From: Eledone cirrhosa | Lineage: Eukaryota | DNA: 64,000 bases | Reading direction: 5' to 3' | NCBI GenBank assembly: GCA_964016885.1 | Contig: OZ024749.1 | Span: 17,298,001-17,362,000 of the forward strand | Part shown: positions 10,174 to 21,448 of the stretch, piece by piece | Numbering within the stretch: the stretch's first letter is position 1 | Layout of the letters: every line of letters begins with the position of its first letter | Notes under the pieces: generated by a model | Told to the model about the DNA's origin: nothing | Databases searched by the model: none | What the model saw: only the letters and a program-made list of their open reading frames with translations | Program-made: the position numbers and the translations under genes

Positions 10174-12640
10174 TCGTCGTCGTCATCGTCGTCGCCGCCG
10201 TCTAACGTCCATCTTCCAGGCTAGCATGGGTTTGGACGGGAATTTTCCCACTTGAGGCAAGATTGGTTGTCTTGTTCGCATAGGACTCTCTGGCGGGTTT
10301 TCTACGGCAGGATGCCCTTCCTAACACCAAACACATATAAAGTGTGGAACTGGGAGGTTTCTACCGTGTTACCTACACGGCCACATTACAGCGTGGACTG
10401 TGTGTTTTTTTCGTCGTGACACCTACACGACCTCATTTGTTTCGGGCTGGATGTTGTGGTACCAACATAACTTTACATTGAAAGGGGTGGTGTGGATGGG
10501 GTGGGGTAGTGGGATGGGGTGTATTTTGTTAGAGGTGCCTACTGACAGTAGTAGATTTCACTTTGTACTTAGGTAAGGCGGGTCTTCTTTATTACTGCGT
10601 AGCGCCAAAGATCTCGGTCCAGTGACATTGTCTTGGAGAGGTGTAAGTGTGTGAGGTCGGAATTTATCAAGTCGTCCCACGTTTTTCTGGGTCTGCCTAC
10701 TCCATGGCTACCGTCTATTTTTATCGCCCTGCACTTTTTTATACAGCTGTCGTCTTTCATGCGCATCACATGACCGTACCAACGTAGTCTTCTCTCGAGT
10801 AAACAGCATCTGATCCCTCTTATTCCTAATTTCTCCCTTAGTTCGTTTATGCTTTGCCGTTCACGTATATTGCTATTACACATCCAGCGGAGCATGCAAG
10901 CTTCGTTCCTCTCCTGTCTGCTCTGCACACAATGCCCAGGTCTCACTGCCATGCAACATTGCTGTTCGTATGCATGCATCTTACAGCCTGCCTTTCATTT
11001 TTAGAGAGAACCCTTTAGCGGCCAATAGTGGTATAAGCTCTCTGAACTTTTTCCATCCCGTTCTGACTCTAGCCCCTTTCAGAGCCCCTCCACCACTGCT
11101 GATTTTGTCACCCAGGTAACGGAAGGTGTCCACTATTTCTATAGAACCATCTGTGCAATGGAATGAGCTAGTATTTTGTGGGCACTTGCTGCTATTTATT
11201 GCACCAGAGCACCACCCACATATAAAATCTATATTCTTAGTTAGCTTACCTGTGATCCCACTACATCTTTTATGCACCCATACTTTGCATTTGGGACATA
11301 AAATGGAGTTTCTGCCTACTCCTTTCCTACACACTGAGCATGGCCATTTCCCAGATGCGACTGTTGCCCTATTTTCCTTCCTACAAACTAGAACTTTAGT
11401 CTTAGACAGGTTAATTTTAAGGCCTTTTGATTCTAGGCCATGCTTACATATTTGGAATTTCTTCTCTAGTTCGGTCATTGATTCAGCTATGAGTGTTATA
11501 TCATCTACGTATAGGAGTTCCCATGTGCAGCCGGTCTTGAACTCCTCTGTTATAGCCTGAGGGGCAATAATAAATAGGAGGGGGCTAAGGACAGAGCCCT
11601 GATGAACACCAACTTTTACGCTAAACTCTTCACTATATTCGTTGTTAATTCTAACCTTGCTGACTGTTTCTTTATACATGGCTTGTATAGCTCTCACAAG
11701 CCATTCATCAACACCTAGTTTTCTAAGAGCCCACCAGATAATGGCGCGGGGGACTCTGTCAAAGGCTTTCTCCAAGTCAACAAAGGCTAAGTATAGGGGT
11801 TTACTTTTAGCTAGGTACTACTCCTGTAGTTGTCGTACAATGAAAAGAGCGACTGTGGTACTTTTACCTGACACAAACCCGAACTCAATTTCATCTAGAT
11901 TAATTCGCTCTCTGATTCATCATCATCATTTCATTTTACGTCCGCCTTTTCCCTGCTTGCAAGGGTGGGACGGGAACTGATTCTGGCTTGATTTCTACAG
12001 CTGGATGCCTTTCCTAACACCAACCTCATTTACAGGGAGTGCTGGGTGCTTTTTTGCCATGGCACCTCCACGACCACTTTGCAGTGGAATGATATGGACC
12101 CCAGACCCTATCATCTCATTTCTACAGCTGAGTAAACTGGAGCAATGTGAAATAAAGTGTCTTGCTCAAGGAAACAACACATCACCCAGTCTGAGAATTG
12201 AACTCACAACCTTTCGATTGCAAGGCCAATGCTCTAACCACTAAGCCATGTGCCTCCAGATTAGTTGCGCTATTACTTTTTCTGTGACCTTCATGACCTG
12301 GTCGATTAATTGAATGCCTCTATAGTTACCCCTATCTAGGGCATCTCCTTTACCCTTGTAGCAGTTAATGATGATGCTGCTACGCCAGTCCTTTGAATTG
12401 ACCCCATTCTGTATGACTTGGTTTACTATCCGGGTGACCATAGTGTGTCCCACCGTTCCAGATGCTTTCAGCATTTCAGCAACTATTTCCGAAGGCCCAG
12501 CCGCCTTACCCGTCTTCATATCTTTGATTGCCTTACTTATTATACTACCTTCAACTAGCACTGCTGGTCCCTCTATTGGATCGATGTGGGGGAGACTGTC
12601 TTTCTCCCATTTATTCTCCTCATTTAGTAGCCTTTCGTAG
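10174..12640 (-). mobile_element. 5'-truncated RTE LINE with 3' UTR, interrupted by a SINE
   Basis: ORFs carry 'NYRGIQLIDQVMKV', 'EKAFDRVPR', 'GVHQGSVLSPLLF', 'LLYVDD' and 'RLRWYGHVMR'. 3' UTR 10200-10568 has a (GAC)n tail. Confidence 0.93.
11918..12257 (-). mobile_element. SINE family A inserted in RTE ORF
   Basis: Reverse complement of 5821-6168; splits the RTE peptide AQLI|RERI. Confidence 0.9.
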
Positions 12641-12979
12641 TGACGGGATCTTCTGAAGATCTCGTTAATTGTGAAAGCAGCGATTCTTTGAGGACTGAAT
12701 AAATTAACTGATATAAAAGATACAGAAGCGAAAACCAACCAAACAGTGTGTTCTGTTATTAATTCTGGTAATATTATTACAACAATATGACCCTCCCCAC
12801 GTATAACAATATTTGTTTCGACACACGATTTCATATCAAAAACCTCGCAAAATATATATATATATATATATTTAAAGGTTAAATATAGTTCAATGAATAA
12901 ATCAAAGAATGAGTTTTACAATAGATTGGAAGCACTCAACAGAATGGTTTTCCGGAGTTATTAATATTAATTCAAAATA

Positions 12980-13046
12980 TATTTTATTATACATATTTCA
13001 GAGGTACTGAGCTAACTTCAACAGTACGTCGTCATCAGATAAAATA
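12980..13046 (-). ncRNA. Type-I hammerhead ribozyme motif
   Basis: Minus strand: TATTTTAT-CTGATGA-C-GACGTACTG-loop-CAGTACCTC-T-GAAA-TATGTA-TA-ATAAAATA. 8-bp helix I, AUA triplet; same type as 2168-2228. Confidence 0.75.
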
Positions 13047-13761
13047 AAATGATGTATGACATACCCTGACATAGTAGATGGTTAAGATTCAGTCATGGTT
13101 GTGAATAAGATATGATAAAACTCAATATTTATATACCTTAAGATTGAGACATGAAAAAACTTACATATAGTACAGAGGGTGCGTTTGAGAAAGCTTAAAA
13201 ATAGATAATAGCAATTTACATAACTGTTAGAGGTTCAAATAATTTAAATTATCGAAGAAAGAAGAAAGACAGAGAGAAATAGATGAGGGGAGAATATAGT
13301 TACTAGAAGTATAGAAAGCAAAAGAGAATTGATCAAGGATAGAGAGACAAGGAGGAATAATTTTTATAGTATAAACCATGGGGAGGGAGGTTTGTATTGT
13401 CTTGGATGAATAGGGTGTGATTATATAATGCAAAAAGTTTATATATCTATACAAACACAAGATTATACATTTGGGCATAGCTTTGTGAAAGAGTAAACTC
13501 GAATCTTTGAATTATTGAATTATCTAGAAGTATCCATCAATCTAAATATTAAATATTTTATCTTTTTTTCTTTTTCTTTTTCTTTTTCTTTTTCTTTTTC
13601 TTTTTCTTTTTCTTTTTCTTTTTCCTTCCTTTCCTTTCTTTCTTTACTGTATCTATCTCCCTTTCTTCCTCCTTTTCTCTCTATATCTTTATTATTAATA
13701 TAATTATTGATAATGTAATTTGAATTTGTAAATTTGCCCGTTACATATATATATATTTTTA

Positions 13762-13873
13762 ACAGTTTCCGAAGATCTGATAGAGCTAACATCGTATTTA
13801 AAATTGAGTGGCACTGCTTTTAGTGTTCAGCAATTTTTAGACAACTCTATCAGTGAAACAATTGTTAGACTGT
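13762..13873 (+). ncRNA. Type-I hammerhead motif with U4C core variant and long helix II
   Basis: ACAGTTT-CCGAAGA-T-CTGATAGAG...CTCTATCAG-T-GAAAC-AATT-GTT-AGACTGT. 7-bp helix I, perfect 9-bp helix II base, palindromic helix III. Confidence 0.72.
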
Positions 13874-13994
13874 AAATAAATCCCCTTTTTTGTACTGTTG
13901 ACCATGTTATTCTCCACTTTTTCAATTTTATTACTCCGAGATAAACTGTATTACTGAGTAGCGCCAAAGATCTCGGTCCAGTGACATTGTCTTA

Positions 13995-14039
<45 letters not shown>

Positions 14040-14284
14040 CACACAATTATATAAATATATATATATGTGTGTGTGTGAAACTGTTGGTACACGCATTATT
14101 CAACCTGCCCTTTGTTTTGAGGAAAAAGCCTTTAGTAAGTTGCAGTGGTAGCAGCATCCTGAACCTTTTCCATTCCATGTTCATTCAGGCTGCTCTACTT
14201 TCAGAAAACCCACCTCCACTAATGATATCATCACACAGGTAGCAGAAGCTGTCTACCTCTTCTATGTGACCCTCCAAGAGTTTG

Positions 14285-14400
14285 TTAGTGGCTGAGTGGT
14301 TAGAGAATTGGATTCGCAATAATGAGATTGTGAGTTCGATCACCATCCGGGTGATGTGTTATGTCCTTGAGCAAGACATTTTATTTCATATTGCTCCTCC
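14285..14400 (+). mobile_element. SINE family A-related 5' fragment (older)
   Basis: TGGCTGAGTGG A-box, GAGTTCGATC B-box, TCCTTGAGCAAGACA block. Confidence 0.7.
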
Positions 14401-14434
14401 ACCCATGTAAATCATTTTCTAATTTTGGTTTCTC

Positions 14435-14550
14435 TAGACACTAACATATAGGAGAGGAACCATATCACTGTGATGTCTGTGGTAAATAATTCTCTTGTAA
14501 AGGTTACTTGATGCAACACAAACACAATCAGACAAGATAAAAACCATGTA
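14435..14550 (+). pseudogene. Single decayed C2H2 finger remnant
   Basis: [27 protein letters not shown] with an in-frame stop. Confidence 0.7.
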
Positions 14551-15169
14551 ACTAACCTAAAATAGTGCCACCAATATTGTTTATATTTTGAATAAAACTG
14601 TTTTACTAAGAAATTCTTCTTTCATTTTATTTGTAGAAGTTGTAACCAAGACTTGTGCTGGCAAAACTGTAGCGTTCAGAATTTACATACGCTATATATA
14701 TGTGAATGTATGTGTGTAGAAATTTGTGTCCATGTATATGTTTGTATCTGTTTGTATATAAGTATGAGCATATCTGTATTTGATTATGCATATATGTACG
14801 TCACACTTAAATGGCACATCCAATGAAGCATGGTTGCTTCATTTCCCTCCAGTCTATACTTTTTTTCTGCTGTCACAGCCCATGTTTCACTACCATGCAG
14901 CATCATATTTTATTGGCAGGTGTTATACAGTCATCCTCCACTGTTAATTAAGTCACAGAAGCTATCAACCACTTCTATGTGTGTATAATTACTTGTGTAT
15001 CGTTATGTGTTTGTGTATATATGTGTATACATCTGCATAGATTTGCAGTATATGATACAGCCAGGAGAACATCTCATATTATCTGGGTCCTTCTAGCGGA
15101 TGCAGCAAGTGACACATATATATATATTATATATATGTATAATATATATATATATACATATATATATTG

Positions 15170-15378
15170 TCAGTCGATCGACTTTCGACAAATTAGACCG
15201 AAGAAACAATGTTTTCATGGTCTTTCCAAATGCTAATACTATCTATTGGTCACAACTCCAGGTAGAAGGAGCAATATGAAATAAAGTGTCTTACTCAAGG
15301 AAACAACACATCACCCGGTCCGAGAATTGAACTCACAACCTTTCGATTACAAGCCCGATGCTCTAACCACTAAGCCAT
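15170..15378 (-). mobile_element. SINE with family A head and a different 3' tail
   Basis: Head and central block match family A; tail (…GGAAAGACCATGAAAACATTGTTTC…) is shared with 41505-41716. Confidence 0.75.
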
Positions 15379-15397
15379 ATATATTATATATATATTA

Positions 15398-15598
15398 CTA
15401 GCAGAATGGCCCGGCGTTGCCTGGAGATCAATATATCGCCTAATGCGGTCCTTAGGGCATTGAAACTTTGAAAGTTTTTTCTCAAAACACTCACAGGACC
15501 ATAAGTATTATATGTGTAAAGTTTGAAAACAATCAGTTGGGTGGTTCTTGAGTTTTAGGGAGTCAGACAGACAGAGACATTCTCTGTTTTAGATATAT
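15398..15598 (-). mobile_element. Short non-autonomous Helitron
   Basis: Minus-strand 3' end CCAGGCAACGCCGGG hairpin ...CTAG|T; 5' region AAAACAGAGAATGTCTCTGTCTGTCTG next to TA. Confidence 0.7.
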
Positions 15599-15600
15599 AT

Positions 15601-15680
15601 TGTAGTTTCAGAAGATCCCGTTAAGGGAGAAAGCAGTGATTCTATGCTTAAACTTTAATCTGTTATTTTAATAAATATAT
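15601..15680 (+). repeat. Fragment of the terminal-repeat family seen at 56851-57280 and ~12645
   Basis: GAAGATCCCGTTAAGGGAGAAAGCAGTGATTCTATGCTTAAACTTTAATCTGTTATTTTAATAAAT matches both arms of 56851-57280. Confidence 0.7.
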
Positions 15681-15892
15681 ATGTGATATATATATATATT
15701 ATACTAGCGGAGCTACCCGGCTTCGCTCGGTGTTAAAAAGCTTATTTAGAAAACAATAATATTAAAATTTTAATCGTTATTTAAAAACTTCTCTAATTTA
15801 GTTTCTATTTTTTAGATCTTAACATTTATCTTTAAATGACTGAATGACTGATGAATTTAAAGAAAACTCGTAATAAGAACATTTAATTTATT

Positions 15893-18262
15893 TTACTGAA
15901 GTGCTTTTGGATACACAATGTTTTTTGTTTTTCCTTCTGGTGCGTACACGAATAAATCAGAAGGTTTACCGACGCGTGAGCAAGCCACATACAGCTGTCC
16001 ATGTGAGAAGCATGGATTTTCTAAATTTAGTCCACACACTTGTAGCGATTGTCCTTGTGCTTTGTTGATAGTCATTGCAAAGGCGAGTCGCACCGGAAAC
16101 TGCAAATGTTTGAATTCGAATGGCGTATCTGTCGGAATCATTGGGATGCGTGGCAACAGTATATCTCCTTTTAATTTTCCATTTAAAAGTGTAGCTTCGA
16201 TGATATTGTTCATCATCTTTTTCACTGAAAGCCTGGTACCGTTGCAAAGTTGTGGTGGATTGATGTTTCGGAGAAGGATGATAGGCACGCCAATTTTCAA
16301 TGTTAAAATGTGCGGTGGCATGCCTGGCAAATCAAGTGAATTCAAGAATTCAGTTGAATAATTGATAATTTCGTCTTGATTCATTACAGTATCGATGGAC
16401 TTATACGTTGTCGCTTCGCCTGGTATTTTGTTTTGAATGCTGAAATTAATGGCATTGACATCGTTGTTTTTGGCTGCTAATATAGCACGTGCACTGAGCC
16501 ACTGATGATTTTTGTAATGCTGCGCGATATTTGGGAAAACTTTGTGAATCAGTTCGTCTCTGGTTGCCGTGATTCTACAGAAGTTTGTTGGCAATGTCAT
16601 ACATTTTGTAGATTCATCGATTACCATTTTCCCATTCCCAATATCCAGCAATTGTTTTGTGAAACGTTCAGCGGATGCATCATTTTGTAGTTGTACACGC
16701 ATATTGGTTTTTAAAGTTAATTTCTGTACGTGTCGCCATAAAACTGATGATTTGAGACATGCATTAAGCTCATCAGCGGGTGTTGATCGCGGTATAACTG
16801 TTAGAGTTTGTCGAAAATCACCAGACAATAAAATGAGTGTGCCACCGAAGAGCTGTTCATTTCCTTTCAAATCTTTTAGTGTGTTATTAAGCGCTTCCAA
16901 TGATTTTTTGTGCGCCATAGTACATTCGTCCCATATAATGATTTGACATGATTGGAGTACTTTACCTATACCAGAATTTTTGGTGATATTGCATGTTGGT
17001 GTCTCAGTGATTTGCATATTCAATGGCAATTTCAGTGCTGAATGTGCAGTTCGGCCACCATCCAAAAGAGTTGCCGCAATTCCAGATGATGCGATTGCCA
17101 GTGCAATATTATTTTGTGATCGTATAGTTGCCAAAATAAGTGAAATGAGAAAAGTTTTTCCTGTACCACCGGGCGCATCTATAAAATACAATCCGCCACT
17201 TTGATTTGTAATTGCCTGCATAGTTTTGTCATATACTATGCGTTGTTCTGGTACCAATTTCAGAAGATTCGTTTGAACAAATGTACCCAATTCGGCAACA
17301 TCAAAGTTTGTTTCTTGTTGCAAATCACGATCGAAAATGTCGTTTACAGATCGATTCGGCGCAGGCATTCCCAATTGTACCAGTGTTTTGTTAGCGATTG
17401 CTAAACATATGACCTCAATCGAAACCAATGCTTCATTATACACGATTGGTGTGAATTGAATATTCAGATTTTGATTTGTTGCACGCAAACGATGTAGGAT
17501 GTCTTCACTCGTGTAGTCTTTGTATTTTTCCCAAAGATCTTTTGGATTTGATGAGAAGCACGTTGTCAATATTATTGCGAATAACGTGCGTATTTGCTGT
17601 GGTCGAGCAGTATTCGATGCATCAGCGAGTGAAGTGTCCCAATGTCCATCATTTTCAAGAAGATTTAATTTTTGGCAAGCTTCACGATAAGTGGCACATA
17701 CTTGACCGTTTACTGTTCTCAATTCTTGGAATGATGTCGGTCCACGTACGTTGATTAACAATAATCGCAAGTAAAAGCATTCTGCATTATTTGGGTGAAC
17801 AGTGTACAAACGGCCTAACGCGTCGGTCGAATATAAATTGGTATGTCCTTCAACTACTTTACCCTGTTTGCGACGTTTAAACTTTTTCGTCGATGTATTC
17901 CATCTGTAATATGTTGGCACTTCAGAATAAAGTAGTGTCTTTGCAAACACATCTTCACTGCACAAGGAGAAAAACGCAGTTAACGTTGTTGGCGGTGGTG
18001 TCAATGCCCTTGCACGTATATTTTCAGTTGTGAAGTATACGCACTGTCCATTTTCAAGGTGCACCGCCAAATGAACAACTGTTGGATGTCGATAATGGAT
18101 TGGAAATGATAAAATGCGCCACACTGCTTCATTACTACTAATGTAGCGTCCCAGTTGGTATTGGTCGATTTCATCGATAGATGAATTTGCATTGCATACT
18201 CCAAAAACTGGCATATCGCTTCCTTTGTTGATATATTTGCAAATGTACTTGATCGCTTTCAC
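15893..18262 (-). CDS. Helitron RepHel C-terminal part: Rep motif III + Pif1 (SF1B) helicase
   Basis: YICKYINK, DAPGGTGKTF (Walker A), IIWDECTM, GDFRQ, FAMTINKAQGQS, HGQLYVACSRV; 789-aa open frame. Confidence 0.92.
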   Translation of the reverse strand: MKAIKYICKYINKGSDMPVFGVCNANSSIDEIDQYQLGRYISSNEAVWRILSFPIHYRHPTVVHLAVHLENGQCVYFTTENIRARALTPPPTTLTAFFSLCSEDVFAKTLLYSEVPTYYRWNTSTKKFKRRKQGKVVEGHTNLYSTDALGRLYTVHPNNAECFYLRLLLINVRGPTSFQELRTVNGQVCATYREACQKLNLLENDGHWDTSLADASNTARPQQIRTLFAIILTTCFSSNPKDLWEKYKDYTSEDILHRLRATNQNLNIQFTPIVYNEALVSIEVICLAIANKTLVQLGMPAPNRSVNDIFDRDLQQETNFDVAELGTFVQTNLLKLVPEQRIVYDKTMQAITNQSGGLYFIDAPGGTGKTFLISLILATIRSQNNIALAIASSGIAATLLDGGRTAHSALKLPLNMQITETPTCNITKNSGIGKVLQSCQIIIWDECTMAHKKSLEALNNTLKDLKGNEQLFGGTLILLSGDFRQTLTVIPRSTPADELNACLKSSVLWRHVQKLTLKTNMRVQLQNDASAERFTKQLLDIGNGKMVIDESTKCMTLPTNFCRITATRDELIHKVFPNIAQHYKNHQWLSARAILAAKNNDVNAINFSIQNKIPGEATTYKSIDTVMNQDEIINYSTEFLNSLDLPGMPPHILTLKIGVPIILLRNINPPQLCNGTRLSVKKMMNNIIEATLLNGKLKGDILLPRIPMIPTDTPFEFKHLQFPVRLAFAMTINKAQGQSLQVCGLNLENPCFSHGQLYVACSRVGKPSDLFVYAPEGKTKNIVYPKALQ

Positions 18263-20655
18263 CGAATTGCAATACTCGACATTGATGTGTGCTTTGAACG
18301 TCTTTGAGAGTAACGGTGAATATGGTACAACCCAACGATTATCGACTTCAACATAATTGTTTCGTACTTTTAAAGTGATGGATTTGCCGCCATCTTCAGT
18401 TGCTCGTCAACGATAGAGTGGATATCCGTCATTGCCAGTGATAGTCTCGGCAACTAAGTCTCTTGGGTATTGTTTCGTGCATTTCCCATCAGACATGCAT
18501 GGTGAATTGTTGTTGAGTAAGCCACATGGATCATGAATCATGTTTTTAGTGACGACTTCAAATAAGTCTGGATCAACGTTGACATCTGGTATTTCTGCTG
18601 AGATGATTTGATCAATTTGATCTGGTGTGACTTTTTCAATTAACCAAATCAAAATGTGTGCATGAGCAATCCTCTTTTTTGCCATTCAATGGAAAACATC
18701 CAACAGCGTGTCTCTCCAAAAACATGATGCTTGACAATTAAATTCGTTAAAGATTTCAATTTTTGTTTGAACACACGCGCTGTAATATCATGACGATCCG
18801 AAGACGATTGACCAGGTAACAAAAGTTCTTTAATTTCATCCCACGTAGGATTGCATGTGAATGTAATAAAAAAAATCTGGACGGCCGAACATATGTCATT
18901 GCATCTTGTGCATATTCATGCATGTGCCGTGGGCTCCCTGTAAATGTAGCCGGCAGTATGACCATTTTCCCCAATTCATTAGGATTCATATTGCCATCAT
19001 TAACAATGGCATCACGTAAATGAATGTACTCTTCTGAACGTAGCTTGGTTTGATTCAATCGAATGTAGAGGAGTCGTTCGGTTTCGATTTTTGCATACAT
19101 ATCGACAATGTATGGATGGAACAATTGTCGACATTTCAAAATATGATTTTCACCGTTTTCACGAATCATTAATCTATATGAATAATAATTCATGGTACTG
19201 ACTTTCTTATTCGTTTCCTCATCTGTTTGTGGATTTCTCAGTTTGATGTTGAAATGATATCCATCTTCTCCTTGCCAAAATAAAATCGGATATTGCAAAC
19301 CATCGTATGACCGATGCGTTTCTGAGACTCGCTGAACATCACCATTTCTGCGGTGAAGAATTATATCACGCGAGTTAAATTCTTCACCTACAATAACGAT
19401 CGCCACTTCATCAATTGTTGGTGCATTGTACTGTCTTTGATGTTGGCTAACAGGTGTTTTGTCTGCTCTAACTACAATTGTGTAGTCATCACTTGGCATT
19501 TGTTCAAGGGCAGCTCTGAACAATCGAATTAATTTGTTGTGTTGATTGAATAAAGTTTGTAATGCAGTAACAATTTCTCGTTTAGTTCCCGTATTGAATT
19601 TGCAACGTTGATCTATTTGGTCATCAGTGTTTCCCATGAAATAAATTTGAAGAAATTTGTGATCTGCGTCCGGCAGTGGTAGTAGTGATCCAGCACGATG
19701 ATAAATTTGCCCTTGCACTTTGAATGTTGGCATGTAATTCTCGCGCACGATATTTGTTGCACCGAACGATGTCATTTGGAAACATGATTTGTACTTGCGT
19801 ATGTTTGCCAAGAAATGTTTAGATTCGCTTGTGTCACCTGATACTAACGTTGATAATGGTTCAGGTGGTGGATGTAATTCTGGCAATTTCACTTTTCCAC
19901 CCGAGCAGCACATTCCTGGTGTTTCATTTTTAAATTTGAGAGCACCACAATACCCGCATAATTTATCCATTTTTCCAATAATCACACTTGGATGAAGACT
20001 GTAATCATAATTTGAATCGTAATGAAATGCACCAAGATTTAAATCAGCGTGCAGTATTCTTCTGGTGAGAGCATTGCGTAGTCGATTCGTTTCCACTCTT
20101 GCTTCCCGTTGCTCGTCTGTTTCAGATGAACGGTCTTGAGCAGTTCTTACTCGAACGGTTTGCAATCTTGCTTCCCGTTGCTCGTCTCTTTCAGATGAAT
20201 GGGCTTGAGCAGTTCTTACTCGAACGGTTTGCCATCTTGCTTCCCGTTGCTCGTCTGTTTCAGATGAACGGGCTTGAGCAGTTCTTACTCGAACGGTTTG
20301 CCATCTTGCTTCCCGTTGCTCGTCTGTTTCAGATGAACGGGCTTGAGCAGTTCTTACTCGAACGGTTTGCCATCTTGCTTCCCGTTGCTCGTCTGTTTCA
20401 GATGAACGGGCTTGAGTAGTTCTTACTCGAACGGTTTGCCATCTTGCTTCCCGTTGATCGTCTGTTTCAGATGAACGGGCTTGAGCAGTTCTTACTCGAA
20501 CGGTTTGCCATCTTGCTTCCCGTTGCTCGTCTGTTTCAGATGAACGGGCTTCAGCATTGCGTAGTCGATTCGTTTCCAATCTTGCTTCACGTTGCTCGTC
20601 TGTTTCAGATGAATGTAGATAAAGGACAAACATACAAACAAACAAATATACATTC

Positions 20656-20657
<2 letters not shown>
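18263..20657 (-). pseudogene. Helitron RepHel N-terminal part (23-aa repeats, Cys motif, Rep motifs I-II), broken by frameshifts/stop
   Basis: 'CGYCGALKFKNETPGMCCSGGKV', 'LPATFTGSPRHM..YAQDAM'; FITFTCNP shifted at ~18860; HUH motif HAHILIW shifted at ~18670; stop at ~18407. Confidence 0.88.
20075..20612 (-). repeat. 69-bp coding tandem repeat (~8 copies; 23-aa STPR-like)
   Basis: SSETDEQREARWQTVRVRTAQAR repeated in ORF 18756-20657. Confidence 0.9.
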
Positions 20658-20707
<50 letters not shown>

Positions 20708-21271
20708 TTTAATCTACCGGAGTAAACGGTAGTGTCGGATCCGTATAGAGAACTCAATGCAATCCAAGTGTGGAGAGATCATAAACAATTCATGTAGTTA
20801 ATTAATGATGCAAAACAATAGAACAGAGTCAAAATAAGACATTGAAAAACAATGAAAAATTAAACAAAGAATATGTTATTCATATTAATATTGATTTATG
20901 CATCTTCATAAAAAAAAAATATATCTACATATACATATATACACATATACATATATATATATATACATATACACATATATACATACACATATATATATGC
21001 TATATGTTACAAATTATACTGAGATAAATGCAAACCTACCTCCTTCAGTCCTCTATCATCAGTGTAGAATGAGAAAACAGTAAAACAATTGTGGAAAAGG
21101 ATGGTATGGTGGTTACAGTAGAGAAAGATAATTAGGTCAGACCAATGTACAGCAAATGTAAAAGATAATTAAGATAATTAAGATAATTAAGATAATGGAC
21201 AGCAAATTTAAGTACAATAGATTAATATGAAGAACATGTTATTTGTTTAATTTTTCATTGTTTTTCAATAT

Positions 21272-21345
<74 letters not shown>

Positions 21346-21369
21346 GTAAATAAAGAGTTATTCGCCTTC

Positions 21370-21428
21370 CTTCCTGGACATACATACAAACAAACAAACA
21401 AACATACATTCATTTTTATATATATAGA
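21370..21428 (-). mobile_element. Isolated Helitron 5' terminus
   Basis: Minus strand A|TCTATATATATAAAAATGAATGTATGTTTGTTTG, matching the 5' region of Helitron 1 at ~20630-20660. Confidence 0.7.
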
Positions 21429-21448
21429 TTATATATATATGTTATATA

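Larger units (their letters stand above)
15704..20700 (-). mobile_element. Helitron 1, near full length, lightly frameshifted
   Basis: 3' end CCGAGCGAAGCCGGG hairpin + CTAG|T at 15704; 5' region TATATAAATGAATGTATATTTGTTTG runs into a TA tract; Rep and Pif1 helicase ORFs inside. Confidence 0.93.

Noticed and set aside
13515-13792. KEKEKE / FSFSFS ORFs
   Set aside because: Produced by a (TTTTTC)n simple repeat.
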